A stretch of 64,000 nucleotides of DNA from an uncultured Planctomycetia bacterium (GTDB lineage: Bacteria > Omnitrophota > Gorgyraeia > Tantalellales > Tantalellaceae), in the NCBI GenBank assembly GCA_964572255.1, contig CAZNEE010000002.1:36103-100102 (forward strand), read 5' to 3'. A program made the position numbers and the translations under genes. Below are positions 1 to 8,232 of this stretch, one piece after another. Position 1 is the stretch's first letter; each line of letters begins with the position of its first letter. The notes under the pieces were generated by a model. It worked only from the letters and a program-made list of their open reading frames with translations, searched no databases and was not told the DNA's origin.

Positions 1-72
1 GCCGCGCACACGAACGGGACAAATACCAGACACATGGCTAGAGCGGTTAAAACGATAAGTCTTCTCTTCATT
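1..72 (-). CDS. Partial CDS, N-terminal ~24 aa only (MKRRLIVLTALAMCLVFVPFVCAA...). The signal-peptide-like start of a secreted protein runs off the window edge.
   Basis: The reverse complement of 1..72 starts with ATG at 72..70, preceded by an AAGGAGG Shine-Dalgarno at 76..82. The sequence is a hydrophobic leader and is not in the ORF track because it is truncated. Confidence 0.35.
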
Positions 73-243
73 GCCTGCCTCCTTTTCTCGGATTAATAAT
101 ATGTATATTCTATCCTCTAAACAATATAATTACAAGAATTTCGGAAATTTTTTAGTTGAAAACAAAATTTCCCCTCACTTCTTGCAATTAATAACCCTGC
201 CAGGTATACATTAAGTAAAGAATAATTTAAAAAAGGAGGAAAA

Positions 244-594
244 ATGCTGATAAAAATTTTTGGTTGTTTATACATTGTTATGGCTGTATTGCTTCTTCTG
301 AACCCGGAAGCATATCAGAGATGGATCAAAAAGAATAAAGAAAAAAGATTACTGCTCCTGCCCCTGCCGCTAATATTCGGAATAATTTTCATCTATATAG
401 GCCTCATGTATGAAGGAGTTCTGGCCACTATAATAGTGGTATTTGGAGCGCTGGCGATATTAAAAGCGGCAATTTTCCTGATCCCCTCACTATATAATTC
501 AATGATCGATTGGGCTTTGGATATGCCTCTCGTGCTTTATAGGGTCGGGGCATGCGTGCATATTGCCATTGGCGCGATATTTTTATTTCTCTAA
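244..594 (+). CDS. Small hydrophobic membrane protein (116 aa, about 3-4 TM helices). Function unknown.
   Basis: ORF track. An AAGGAGGA Shine-Dalgarno sits 5 nt upstream of the ATG. A possible TTGCAA-17-TATACA promoter lies at about 180-210. Confidence 0.5.
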   Translation: MLIKIFGCLYIVMAVLLLLNPEAYQRWIKKNKEKRLLLLPLPLIFGIIFIYIGLMYEGVLATIIVVFGALAILKAAIFLIPSLYNSMIDWALDMPLVLYRVGACVHIAIGAIFLFL

Positions 595-602
595 TAAAAG
601 AC

Positions 603-641
603 AAAAAGGGCTGGTCACAATTTGCAACCAGCCCTTTTTGC
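603..641. terminator. Bidirectional rho-independent terminator hairpin between convergent genes.
   Basis: AAAAAGGGCTGGT-cacaatttgca-ACCAGCCCTTTTTG: a perfect 8-bp GC-rich stem flanked by an A-tract and a T-tract. Confidence 0.6.
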
Positions 642-658
642 TTTACATGCCTATATAA

Positions 659-1006
659 TTATTCCTTGCTCAAGAATTTAGGCTCATCAAGTATAGGCTC
701 ATACCCTTCAGGTATCGGGAACGGGAAAGTAACGACTTCATATACTCCCACCGCAGCTCTTTTAACGGTATTGACAGCGCCGAAAAAGAATCCTTCGAAC
801 ATGCCTTTAGCTGCGCCTTTTTCTTCGCTCTGGCGTATCATGGTCCCCGGTATTTCTACGGGGGCATCAAGGATGTTCATGAACCCTCTGCCGAGTTTCT
901 GGATCGGCGGCTGATCCGCAAGAGAACTGCTGCTTCCCTGCGCCCAAGCCGGTGAGGCGGCAAGAACAAGTGCCACAACAACGATCAATGCGTAAAGCTT
1001 TTTCAT
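659..1006 (-). CDS. Small secreted protein (115 aa). Paralog of 27801..28148, and resembles the 'exosortase-associated TIGR04073' family as I recall it.
   Basis: Signal peptide MKKLYALIVVVALVLAASPAWA. Both copies share the motifs KLGRG..N......E, G....G...N.VKRA.VGVYEV.TFP.P.P..YEPIL.EPEF. Confidence 0.5.
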   Translation of the reverse strand: MKKLYALIVVVALVLAASPAWAQGSSSSLADQPPIQKLGRGFMNILDAPVEIPGTMIRQSEEKGAAKGMFEGFFFGAVNTVKRAAVGVYEVVTFPFPIPEGYEPILDEPKFLSKE

Positions 1007-1021
1007 TTTTCCTCCTTCTTC

Positions 1022-2146
1022 TTATTTGAAATATTCCTTGAGGTTTGAAATGTCATCTTTAACCCAAGGTAATGCCAACATCAAGAGCAATCGTGCTTTC
1101 GGGCCGGTAAGGTCGCCTGCCAAGATCACTCCTTCTCCTTCAAGCATGGCACCCCCGCCCTGGTCACCGTATATGGGATATACTCTACCATGATATACGC
1201 GAGTTGCAAGAACAATTACCACACCTTTATCCTTAGCGTACTTGATCGCCTCTTCAACTTTCGCGTTAACGTTCCCCGCGCCGACGCCTTCTATTACAAT
1301 GCCTACAGCGCCCGAATCGGCGGCATACTTTACAAGGTCTCCATCATCGCCTGCATATGTCTTGAGAAGCGCCACCTTGGGAAACGTTTCGGGGATGGAA
1401 AACTTCAGCCTGTTGGGGCTTTCGTTATACCGGTAAACTTTACCGTTCTGGATATATCCCAAATATCCTTTTTCGCCGGAATTAAACGTTTGAACATTAG
1501 TGGTCTGTGTTTTTACCACATTTTTAGAGGAATTTATATACTGATTCATAGTAACAGTTACTCCCCAATCTTTCGCTTCTTTGGAAGTTACCTGTATTAC
1601 CGCGTTCAGTATATTCGCCGGTCCGTCAGGTGAAATGTCTGAAGCATTGCGCATTGCGCCGACAAAAACTACCGGTTTGTTCGTTTTTAAAGTAAGATCC
1701 AGAAAATACGCTCCTTCAGCCATGGTATCCGTACCGTGCGTTATAACTGCGCCCGCGATACGTTCGTTATCCAGTATTTCATCCACCTTTTTGCTTAATT
1801 TAGCCCATATTTCAGGCGCCATCTGAGAGCTGTCAATGTTGGAGAAATTTATGACCTGAATATTTGCCGCTTTCGAAAGACCCGGCACAGCTTCAAGCAG
1901 ATCTTCGCCTGAAAGCGCGGGAACCGAACCGCCGGTTTTGGGGTCCGTCTTTTCTGCTATAGTGCCCCCGGTAGTAATTATCGCAACCATGGGCAACTTC
2001 TTAGGAACTTGAACTTCCGGGGGCTCCTGGACTTCCGGGGCCGGTTGAACTCCCGTAACTTCTTGAAACGTTGTTTCCTCCGCGGCGTAAGATAACCCGC
2101 CAAAAGCGATAAAAATAAAAATGCTAAAAACAAAAAATTTTTTCAT
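1022..2146 (-). CDS. ansB: Periplasmic type II L-asparaginase.
   Basis: TGGTIA motif (VAIITTGGTIAEK) and ITHGTDTM motif. The signal peptide is MKKFFVFSIFIFIAFGGLSYA. An AAGGAGGA Shine-Dalgarno sits upstream of the internal ATG at 2146, so the ORF-track start at 2233 is probably too long. Confidence 0.85.
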   Translation of the reverse strand: MKKFFVFSIFIFIAFGGLSYAAEETTFQEVTGVQPAPEVQEPPEVQVPKKLPMVAIITTGGTIAEKTDPKTGGSVPALSGEDLLEAVPGLSKAANIQVINFSNIDSSQMAPEIWAKLSKKVDEILDNERIAGAVITHGTDTMAEGAYFLDLTLKTNKPVVFVGAMRNASDISPDGPANILNAVIQVTSKEAKDWGVTVTMNQYINSSKNVVKTQTTNVQTFNSGEKGYLGYIQNGKVYRYNESPNRLKFSIPETFPKVALLKTYAGDDGDLVKYAADSGAVGIVIEGVGAGNVNAKVEEAIKYAKDKGVVIVLATRVYHGRVYPIYGDQGGGAMLEGEGVILAGDLTGPKARLLLMLALPWVKDDISNLKEYFK

Positions 2147-2174
2147 AAAAATTCCTCCTTTTACAGGAAGCGAT

Positions 2175-2363
2175 CTATGCTGCCAGTTCAATGAGCTTTT
2201 TCGCGATTCTAATGTGTTTGATCTCGTCATCACGTATAGATATGAGCTCTTTTTTTATTTCGCCTTCTTCAAGCTGATCGATGTAATGATCGTAAAAATA
2301 TTTTGCTCTTTCTTCATATGTTAAAATCTTCTTGAACCTTTCCGATAACATGTCAAAACTCAT
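2175..2363 (-). CDS. Hypothetical small protein (62 aa). It may be the C-terminal half of a split ~140-aa ORF together with 2353..2595.
   Basis: ORF track. It overlaps the upstream ORF by 11 nt in a different frame. I recognised no motif. Confidence 0.3.
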   Translation of the reverse strand: MSFDMLSERFKKILTYEERAKYFYDHYIDQLEEGEIKKELISIRDDEIKHIRIAKKLIELAA

Positions 2364-2595
2364 CTTTAGGGCTCCTCTCGACTTGATCCAGCATTTTATC
2401 GACCATCTCTTTATGGCGGGTTGAATCCTTGTAAAGTATTGAAAGGCATTTGTCTATTTCCTTCTTCTTGTCCTCTTCAAGCCCTTCCGTAAGATCCGCC
2501 AAAGCGCCGGCGAATTTAGTAAATGAGGTGACCATGCCTTCTTCCACAAATTTAAGTTCGAACAAACCTGCAAGCAGCCTCTTTTTTGATATCAT
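2353..2595 (-). CDS. Hypothetical small acidic protein (80 aa).
   Basis: ORF track. It is tightly packed between the THEP1 NTPase and the 62-aa ORF. Confidence 0.3.
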   Translation of the reverse strand: MISKKRLLAGLFELKFVEEGMVTSFTKFAGALADLTEGLEEDKKKEIDKCLSILYKDSTRHKEMVDKMLDQVERSPKDEF

Positions 2596-2597
2596 TT

Positions 2598-3122
2598 TTA
2601 CTCCTCTTTCATCAAACTTCTGACTTTTTCTAATATTATTTCAGGCAATACGTCTCTATTATCCACGGTAACTTCGGTTATTTCAATATCTTTTCTTCCT
2701 TTCGCTTTAGGTATAAAATCGGTCCCGCCGAAGGTTATCGTACCTATAACAATATTCGGAGAATCAAGGGCGCGCTCTGCGGCCTCAATAAAACTTTTGG
2801 AAAAACATTCCATCTTGCCGATCTCATCGAGAATAATGATATTATTGTCCGTAGGTAAGATCGCTGGTACGGCTATGTTTTCAATATTCTCGATGCTTAC
2901 ACCGTATCGCCTGATATGAAAATCCGACTCTATATCCTGATGAGCAAGGTATCCGCTCTTTCCGTCAACTGTTGACATGCGGAAACCTACCCGTCTTCCT
3001 TCGATCCTTTCTTCCTCCGTATAAAATCCGTTGCAGGGATGACTTAAAGACCTTATTACCTTTTTGATCACGGTGGTCTTTCCTGATGAGGGGGCGCCTG
3101 TTAAGAATATGTTCTTTTTCAT
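2598..3122 (-). CDS. Nucleoside-triphosphatase, THEP1/COG1618 family.
   Basis: N-terminal Walker A (FLTGAPSSGKTT), a 174-aa single-domain NTPase, and LDEIGKME (Walker B-like). Confidence 0.65.
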   Translation of the reverse strand: MKKNIFLTGAPSSGKTTVIKKVIRSLSHPCNGFYTEEERIEGRRVGFRMSTVDGKSGYLAHQDIESDFHIRRYGVSIENIENIAVPAILPTDNNIIILDEIGKMECFSKSFIEAAERALDSPNIVIGTITFGGTDFIPKAKGRKDIEITEVTVDNRDVLPEIILEKVRSLMKEE

Positions 3123-3842
3123 CTATAAGATCGCTGTTTCCAATTTCTTTTGAACAATATCCCGAAGTTTGGCGAAGTCGCCGGGTTTAAATCCTGAAGT
3201 ATCGATCGCGGGAAGCACTTTTAATTCGCCGAACACTTTTGTCTTGAAGACCCAGCCTCCTTTCGGGATGGCTTCCCTTGTTCCGCTAACTGCGATAGGA
3301 AGAATGGGCTTCTTCTCTTTAATGGCAAGTTTAAACGCTCCGTTCTGGAATTTATTCATCTGGTCGGTTTCACTGCGGGTGCCTTCCGGGAAGAACAATA
3401 CGGACATGTCCTTTCTAAGCCATTTGCTGGCTTCTCTATAAACAGCCTTAATGCTTCCGAACTCCCCGCGTGCAAGTTTTATATGTTTGGTGAGAGACAT
3501 GCACCATCCCACGAACGGGACTTTAAAAAGGGATTCTTTAGCCACCCATTTGAATTGCATGCGGGTTTTATACATCACCACTATATCCGCAAGGCTCTGG
3601 TGGTTCGCGATCACCACGTATGTTTTTTTGTGGTCAATGTTCTCAAGGCCGCTTACCTTTAGATTCCAGAGCGGGTTCAACCCTATAATAGCGTTTGCCC
3701 ACCAGTAACATTGCGCATGAGCTGCTTTTCTTTTTTTGTCGAACGGAAAAAGGATTATGACGAGAAAAAGCTCAACGAAAAAAAGAAGAATTGTCAGAAT
3801 GGAGCTGCTTAGCCAGATCGCTATTGATGTTATGACTTTCAT
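3123..3842 (-). CDS. plsC: 1-acyl-sn-glycerol-3-phosphate acyltransferase.
   Basis: HX4D motif (NHQSLADI), FPEGTRS motif, N-terminal TM anchor. Confidence 0.85.
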   Translation of the reverse strand: MKVITSIAIWLSSSILTILLFFVELFLVIILFPFDKKRKAAHAQCYWWANAIIGLNPLWNLKVSGLENIDHKKTYVVIANHQSLADIVVMYKTRMQFKWVAKESLFKVPFVGWCMSLTKHIKLARGEFGSIKAVYREASKWLRKDMSVLFFPEGTRSETDQMNKFQNGAFKLAIKEKKPILPIAVSGTREAIPKGGWVFKTKVFGELKVLPAIDTSGFKPGDFAKLRDIVQKKLETAIL

Positions 3843-3858
3843 TTCTACTCTAAAAACT

Positions 3859-4362
3859 TTACTCTACAGAAACGATCTTAACGTCGAAGTTCAACTTTTT
3901 TCCTGCAAGAGGATGGTTGAAATCTATGATAACGGTATCATCTTTGATCTGAGCGATCCTTATTAAAAAGACTTTACCGTCCGAAGCTTTGGCCTGGAAC
4001 GGCATGCCGATCTTTAATTCCATATCTTGCGGGAAATCTGTTTTCGGGACTTCATGGAACGCTTTGGGGTCGATATTTCCGTACCCCTCTTCCGGTGATA
4101 TTTCTATGCTTTTTTCTTCTCCGGCTTTCATGCCTTCCAGTTCCTTGGAAAGCCCCGGCACGATCTTGCCCTCACCATGGGTATATTTTGCGGGTTCTTT
4201 GCCTTCAGACGTTTCCACCACTTGCCCGTCTACTGTGAGCGTATAATCAAACTCAACTGTTTTTCCGTCCTGAATAGTCATCCGATCTCCCTTCCGTTTA
4301 GCGTAACAATCTGCCGGAATAAATAACGAAATTATCAATAAAGCCAAGAGCAAACGTTTCAT
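3859..4362 (-). CDS. FKBP-type peptidyl-prolyl cis-trans isomerase (SlyD/FkpA-like), secreted.
   Basis: Signal peptide, then an FKBP fold with the flap-insert pattern (DGQVVETSEG...HPLAGKKLNFDVKIVSV). Confidence 0.8.
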   Translation of the reverse strand: MKRLLLALLIISLFIPADCYAKRKGDRMTIQDGKTVEFDYTLTVDGQVVETSEGKEPAKYTHGEGKIVPGLSKELEGMKAGEEKSIEISPEEGYGNIDPKAFHEVPKTDFPQDMELKIGMPFQAKASDGKVFLIRIAQIKDDTVIIDFNHPLAGKKLNFDVKIVSVE

Positions 4363-4381
4363 GTAAAGATCTCCTTATAGT

Positions 4382-5839
4382 TTATTTGGACCCGACAGTC
4401 TCCTGTGTTTTAGCCGCTGCCTTCTTCTCTACGGATCTTGATTCCGGGCATTCGCCTGTCCAGCAGTAAGTGCAAAGTTTCTCTTTCGGAAGACCGATAG
4501 CATCTACCATGTCATCCAGTGTCTGGTACCTCAACGTCGTCACATCAAGGTCATCAGCGATCCATTGCACCATCTTTTTATATTTGTCCGAATTTTCATC
4601 GACATATTCTGATACGTCCTCTATGTCATGCCCCTCGAGAGCTTTAATGGCCTTGCGCGCAGCCAACTCATGTATGCTTCGCGTCGAAAGACAGAACTTG
4701 CACGGAAACATGAGCGGCGGACATGCAGGTCTTGCATGTACCTCTTTTGCACCGCAATCCCACAATTTCTTGACCGTATAATTCTTAAGCTGTGTACCTC
4801 TTACTATGGAATCCTCGCAAATAACAATTCTATTGCCTTCAATAACCTCTCTTATCGGGATCAATTTCATGGTGGCAATAAGATCGCGCGTTTCCTGTGA
4901 CGGCGGTGTATAACTTCGGCCGTATCCCGGAGTATATTTTACAAGAGGCCTTCTTAAAGGTTTTCCCGACTCCATGGCATAACCCAGCGCATGGCCGACC
5001 CCCGAATCGGGGATGCCGGCAACCAGATCCACACCGATATCTTTATCGTGACGCGCCAGCGCCTGGCCGCATCTTTCCCTAACGGTCTCCGTATTAATGC
5101 TTTCATAATCCGAAGCGGGGAAACCGGTATATATCCATAGGAATGTACATATCTGCATTTCTTCGTTCCCGGAACTTCTTTGTTCCATCCCCTTCTCATT
5201 AAGAAGAACAACTTCACCCGGTTCCAGGTACTTAACCACCTGGAAGTGATTGTTGGGGAATGCAGTCGACTCTGAAGTTACCGCCCATGTGTCATCCTTT
5301 CTTCCGATCACAAGAGGCGTGTATCCCCAACGGTCCCTGGCCGCATATATACCCTCTTCATTTAAGAGCAGTAGCGAACAGGAGCCTTCTATCACATCGA
5401 ACATTTTCTCGATACCGTCTGTGATATCATCACCCTGACTGATTATTTTTGCCATGAGTTCCGTAACATTGACTTTTCCGTCGCTCATCTCACTGAAAGA
5501 AAATCCTTTTTTAAGAAGCTGATATGACAAACTTTTGGAGTTTTCTATGAGGCCGCTGGTAACAATGCAGAATGGCCCGAATTTTGAATTAAGGTACATC
5601 GGCTGTTCACTGCTGTCGCTGATAACGCCTATCCCCTTGTTGCCGACGAGGCGTTTCGCATCTTCATAAAACTTAGATTTGAACTGGCTTTGGCTGATAT
5701 TATGGATCTGACGCTGAAAAGCTTCTCCGAGAACCGCTATCCCGCCATATTCTGTCCCCATGTGTGAATGATAATCCGTGCCGTACAGCAAAGTATCGGT
5801 ACAATTCTCTTTTGAAATAACTCCAAAAACGCCGCTCAT
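4382..5839 (-). CDS. Amidophosphoribosyltransferase-like paralog (class-II GATase fold plus PRTase domain). It has Ser at the position of the catalytic Cys1.
   Basis: Aligns along its length with the bona fide PurF at 50124..51509: PRTase motif VICEDSIVRGTQ, and Fe-S Cys ligands CPPLMFPC.FC and CTYCWTGECP. The N-terminus is MSGVFGV rather than MCGIFGI. Confidence 0.75.
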   Translation of the reverse strand: MSGVFGVISKENCTDTLLYGTDYHSHMGTEYGGIAVLGEAFQRQIHNISQSQFKSKFYEDAKRLVGNKGIGVISDSSEQPMYLNSKFGPFCIVTSGLIENSKSLSYQLLKKGFSFSEMSDGKVNVTELMAKIISQGDDITDGIEKMFDVIEGSCSLLLLNEEGIYAARDRWGYTPLVIGRKDDTWAVTSESTAFPNNHFQVVKYLEPGEVVLLNEKGMEQRSSGNEEMQICTFLWIYTGFPASDYESINTETVRERCGQALARHDKDIGVDLVAGIPDSGVGHALGYAMESGKPLRRPLVKYTPGYGRSYTPPSQETRDLIATMKLIPIREVIEGNRIVICEDSIVRGTQLKNYTVKKLWDCGAKEVHARPACPPLMFPCKFCLSTRSIHELAARKAIKALEGHDIEDVSEYVDENSDKYKKMVQWIADDLDVTTLRYQTLDDMVDAIGLPKEKLCTYCWTGECPESRSVEKKAAAKTQETVGSK

Positions 5840-5932
5840 TATTTTTCCTCCTATATGTATTTAGTTCCCGGTAATGTGCGCCAACAAATAGATTTCTATT
5901 ATAACCCCGGAACAGCTATTTTTACAACAGTT

Positions 5933-7237
5933 TTAAAAATAACGAAGCCAAATATACAGGGTACAAATGACCATCGATTGGATCATGAACATAAAACCGT
6001 ATTTAAAGAAATGCATAAAACTTATGCGATAATTGTTCCTCTCGCTGATGCGGGCCATGACGATATTTGCCGAAGCCCCTATCAAAGTACCGTTGCCTCC
6101 GAGACATGCCCCTAAGGCAAGCGCCCACCATAATGGGTGCGCTATCTGCATATGAACAACCGCCGGATCAGCGATACCCGAGACTTGCGAAAAATAATCA
6201 ACAAAATGTCTTACCAAGGGAACCATGGTAATAACAAAGGGGATATTATCAAGAATGGACGAGAAAAACGCTGAACCCCATAATACGATGATGCAAACAA
6301 GAAACAGATTCTTGCCGGCAAGATGGATGATATGATACCCTATCCATGAAATAACTCCATTCACTTCTAAAGCCGCTATCATCATGAACATCCCTATAAA
6401 AAAGAATATCACCCCCCATTCAACACGCATTAATGTATCTTCGCTCTCTGCTCTGCAGACAAGAAGCATCAGCATACTGCCGCAAAGAGCTATAATCCCG
6501 GGTTGTATATTCAGCATGTTGTGCGTAAAAAATCCCACAAAGATCAGCCCGAGGACCAAAAGTGAATTGATCATGTTCTTTTTATCCACGATCGCTAAAT
6601 GCGGGATGGCTTCTTTCACTCTCAGTCTTACCTTTTCTGGAACCTGGAATTTATTCCTGAACATGAAAAAGATCGTAGCAATAAAAACCGCAAATACAAG
6701 TATCACTACAGGTCCGAGATTGACTATAAAACTGTTAAAGGATAATCCGGCCTGAGATCCGATAATAATATTAGGAGGATCTCCTATCAAAGTGGACGTG
6801 CCGCCGATATTCGATACTATCGCTTCCATTATGATAAAAGGGACCGGCGATATCTCAAGAAGCTGCATAATAAGGATGGTAACGGGGACCAGCAGGATTA
6901 TAGTTGTCACATTATCAAGAAATGCCGAAAGAAGCGCGGTCACGGATAAAAGAAGAAGCATAATAAGCCATGGATCGCCCTTTGCGTGTTTTGCGACGCT
7001 GATCGCCGTCCATTCAAAAAAACCTGTTTTTGAAAGTATATATACGGAGGTCATCATCCCCACAAGAAGAAATACTACATTAAAATCAACCGCCGCAACC
7101 GCGGATTCAAAAGACACAAGTTTTAAGAAAATAACGCAGGAAGCCCCTATCACGGCAACGATTGTCTTGTTTACTTTATCTGTCGCAATAAATAAATAAG
7201 CTGCAATAAATATTAGGACCGACAATAATGCTTTCAT
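5933..7237 (-). CDS. ArsB/NhaD-superfamily (SLC13-like) ion/anion permease.
   Basis: 434 aa, about 12 TM helices, with hairpin-loop motifs typical of DASS/ArsB permeases. It is co-oriented with a PtsN/CBS regulator immediately upstream. Confidence 0.65.
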   Translation of the reverse strand: MKALLSVLIFIAAYLFIATDKVNKTIVAVIGASCVIFLKLVSFESAVAAVDFNVVFLLVGMMTSVYILSKTGFFEWTAISVAKHAKGDPWLIMLLLLSVTALLSAFLDNVTTIILLVPVTILIMQLLEISPVPFIIMEAIVSNIGGTSTLIGDPPNIIIGSQAGLSFNSFIVNLGPVVILVFAVFIATIFFMFRNKFQVPEKVRLRVKEAIPHLAIVDKKNMINSLLVLGLIFVGFFTHNMLNIQPGIIALCGSMLMLLVCRAESEDTLMRVEWGVIFFFIGMFMMIAALEVNGVISWIGYHIIHLAGKNLFLVCIIVLWGSAFFSSILDNIPFVITMVPLVRHFVDYFSQVSGIADPAVVHMQIAHPLWWALALGACLGGNGTLIGASANIVMARISERNNYRISFMHFFKYGFMFMIQSMVICTLYIWLRYF

Positions 7238-7252
7238 TTTTTTAAATACCCC

Positions 7253-8179
7253 CTAAAAAAACAGTATCTTATCAATAATGCAGAACCGGTCTATGACCCC
7301 GCTGAGCGTACCGTCATCTTCCACGACAAAAAGTTTAGACTTTTGCTTAACCGTCATCTCGAATATTACCTCGAGAAGGGTCCTGTCCCGTTTTACCGGA
7401 GAAGGCCCTCTCAGCACAAGATCTTTTACTTTGAGGTCGCCTTTTATCCTGAAATATTTTTCAAACGGGTCTATGTGTTTAACGAAAGAAATGGTGCTGA
7501 GCTGCTTGAAAAAATCAGGCATCCCGTACTGGAAAATATCAAGACAGGAGATCTCTCCCTGAAATTTCCCCGCGTCATCTACAACCGGCAGGATATCAAA
7601 ACGTTTAAGGTGCATCGTTCTCGTGACATCTTCGATCGATGTATCCAACGTTACCACTTCAGCCGCCGGTCTGGCTATATCTTGCGCCAGGATACCCTCT
7701 GTCGCATCGATCCCGGCTTCTTTAAACCTTAAGAGGATCTCATTTACCGTTAAAGAACTTTTGAGCAAACCCTCCCCCTGTTTCATCTCGCTCAAGAACC
7801 GGATAACAGTGGACATGGCCTGAAGGATTACATACGGTTCCTCCGGGGACGAGATCATGAGAAATACAAAATTGACAGGCGCGCTATCCAGGCTTGAAAA
7901 GTCTATGCCTTTTCTGCTTATCGCCATCGCGACTTCAAATTTCCCCCAGCCTTCAATACGCGCATGGGGGAATGCCAGGCCGTTGCCTATGCCGGTTGTC
8001 TGAAGATTCTCCCTCTCCATAACGGCTTCATAGACATTTTCCCTGCTTAAATGGTATGTATGCTTCGGCTTACCCTCAAAGATCTTATCGATCAATGCCC
8101 GTATAGCTTCTTCCCTGGTATCAACTTTAAGATCGGACATGATCAAGTTTGAGGAAAGAAAATCCTGAATATTGATCAT
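7253..8179 (-). CDS. PTS EIIA-2 (PtsN-like) domain fused to a CBS pair. Likely a regulator of the adjacent permease.
   Basis: N-terminal GLAFPHAR motif of EIIA-Ntr/Fru-type domains. Two CBS motifs (DILPVVDDAGKFQGEIS, KLFVVEDDGTLSGVI). Confidence 0.7.
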   Translation of the reverse strand: MINIQDFLSSNLIMSDLKVDTREEAIRALIDKIFEGKPKHTYHLSRENVYEAVMERENLQTTGIGNGLAFPHARIEGWGKFEVAMAISRKGIDFSSLDSAPVNFVFLMISSPEEPYVILQAMSTVIRFLSEMKQGEGLLKSSLTVNEILLRFKEAGIDATEGILAQDIARPAAEVVTLDTSIEDVTRTMHLKRFDILPVVDDAGKFQGEISCLDIFQYGMPDFFKQLSTISFVKHIDPFEKYFRIKGDLKVKDLVLRGPSPVKRDRTLLEVIFEMTVKQKSKLFVVEDDGTLSGVIDRFCIIDKILFF

Positions 8180-8232
8180 TGCTATCTCCTTCTAACAGAT
8201 AAGACGCGGCTTGAACAAATTGCTTTTTAGTA

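Noticed and set aside
1190-1826. Several 60-150-aa plus-strand ORFs (e.g. 1190..1633, 1242..1436, 1581..1826), and many similar ones throughout the track
   Set aside because: They lie antisense within well-supported minus-strand genes (asparaginase, RND, TpsA and others). They lack a Shine-Dalgarno and have low-complexity or skewed composition. These are shadow ORFs.
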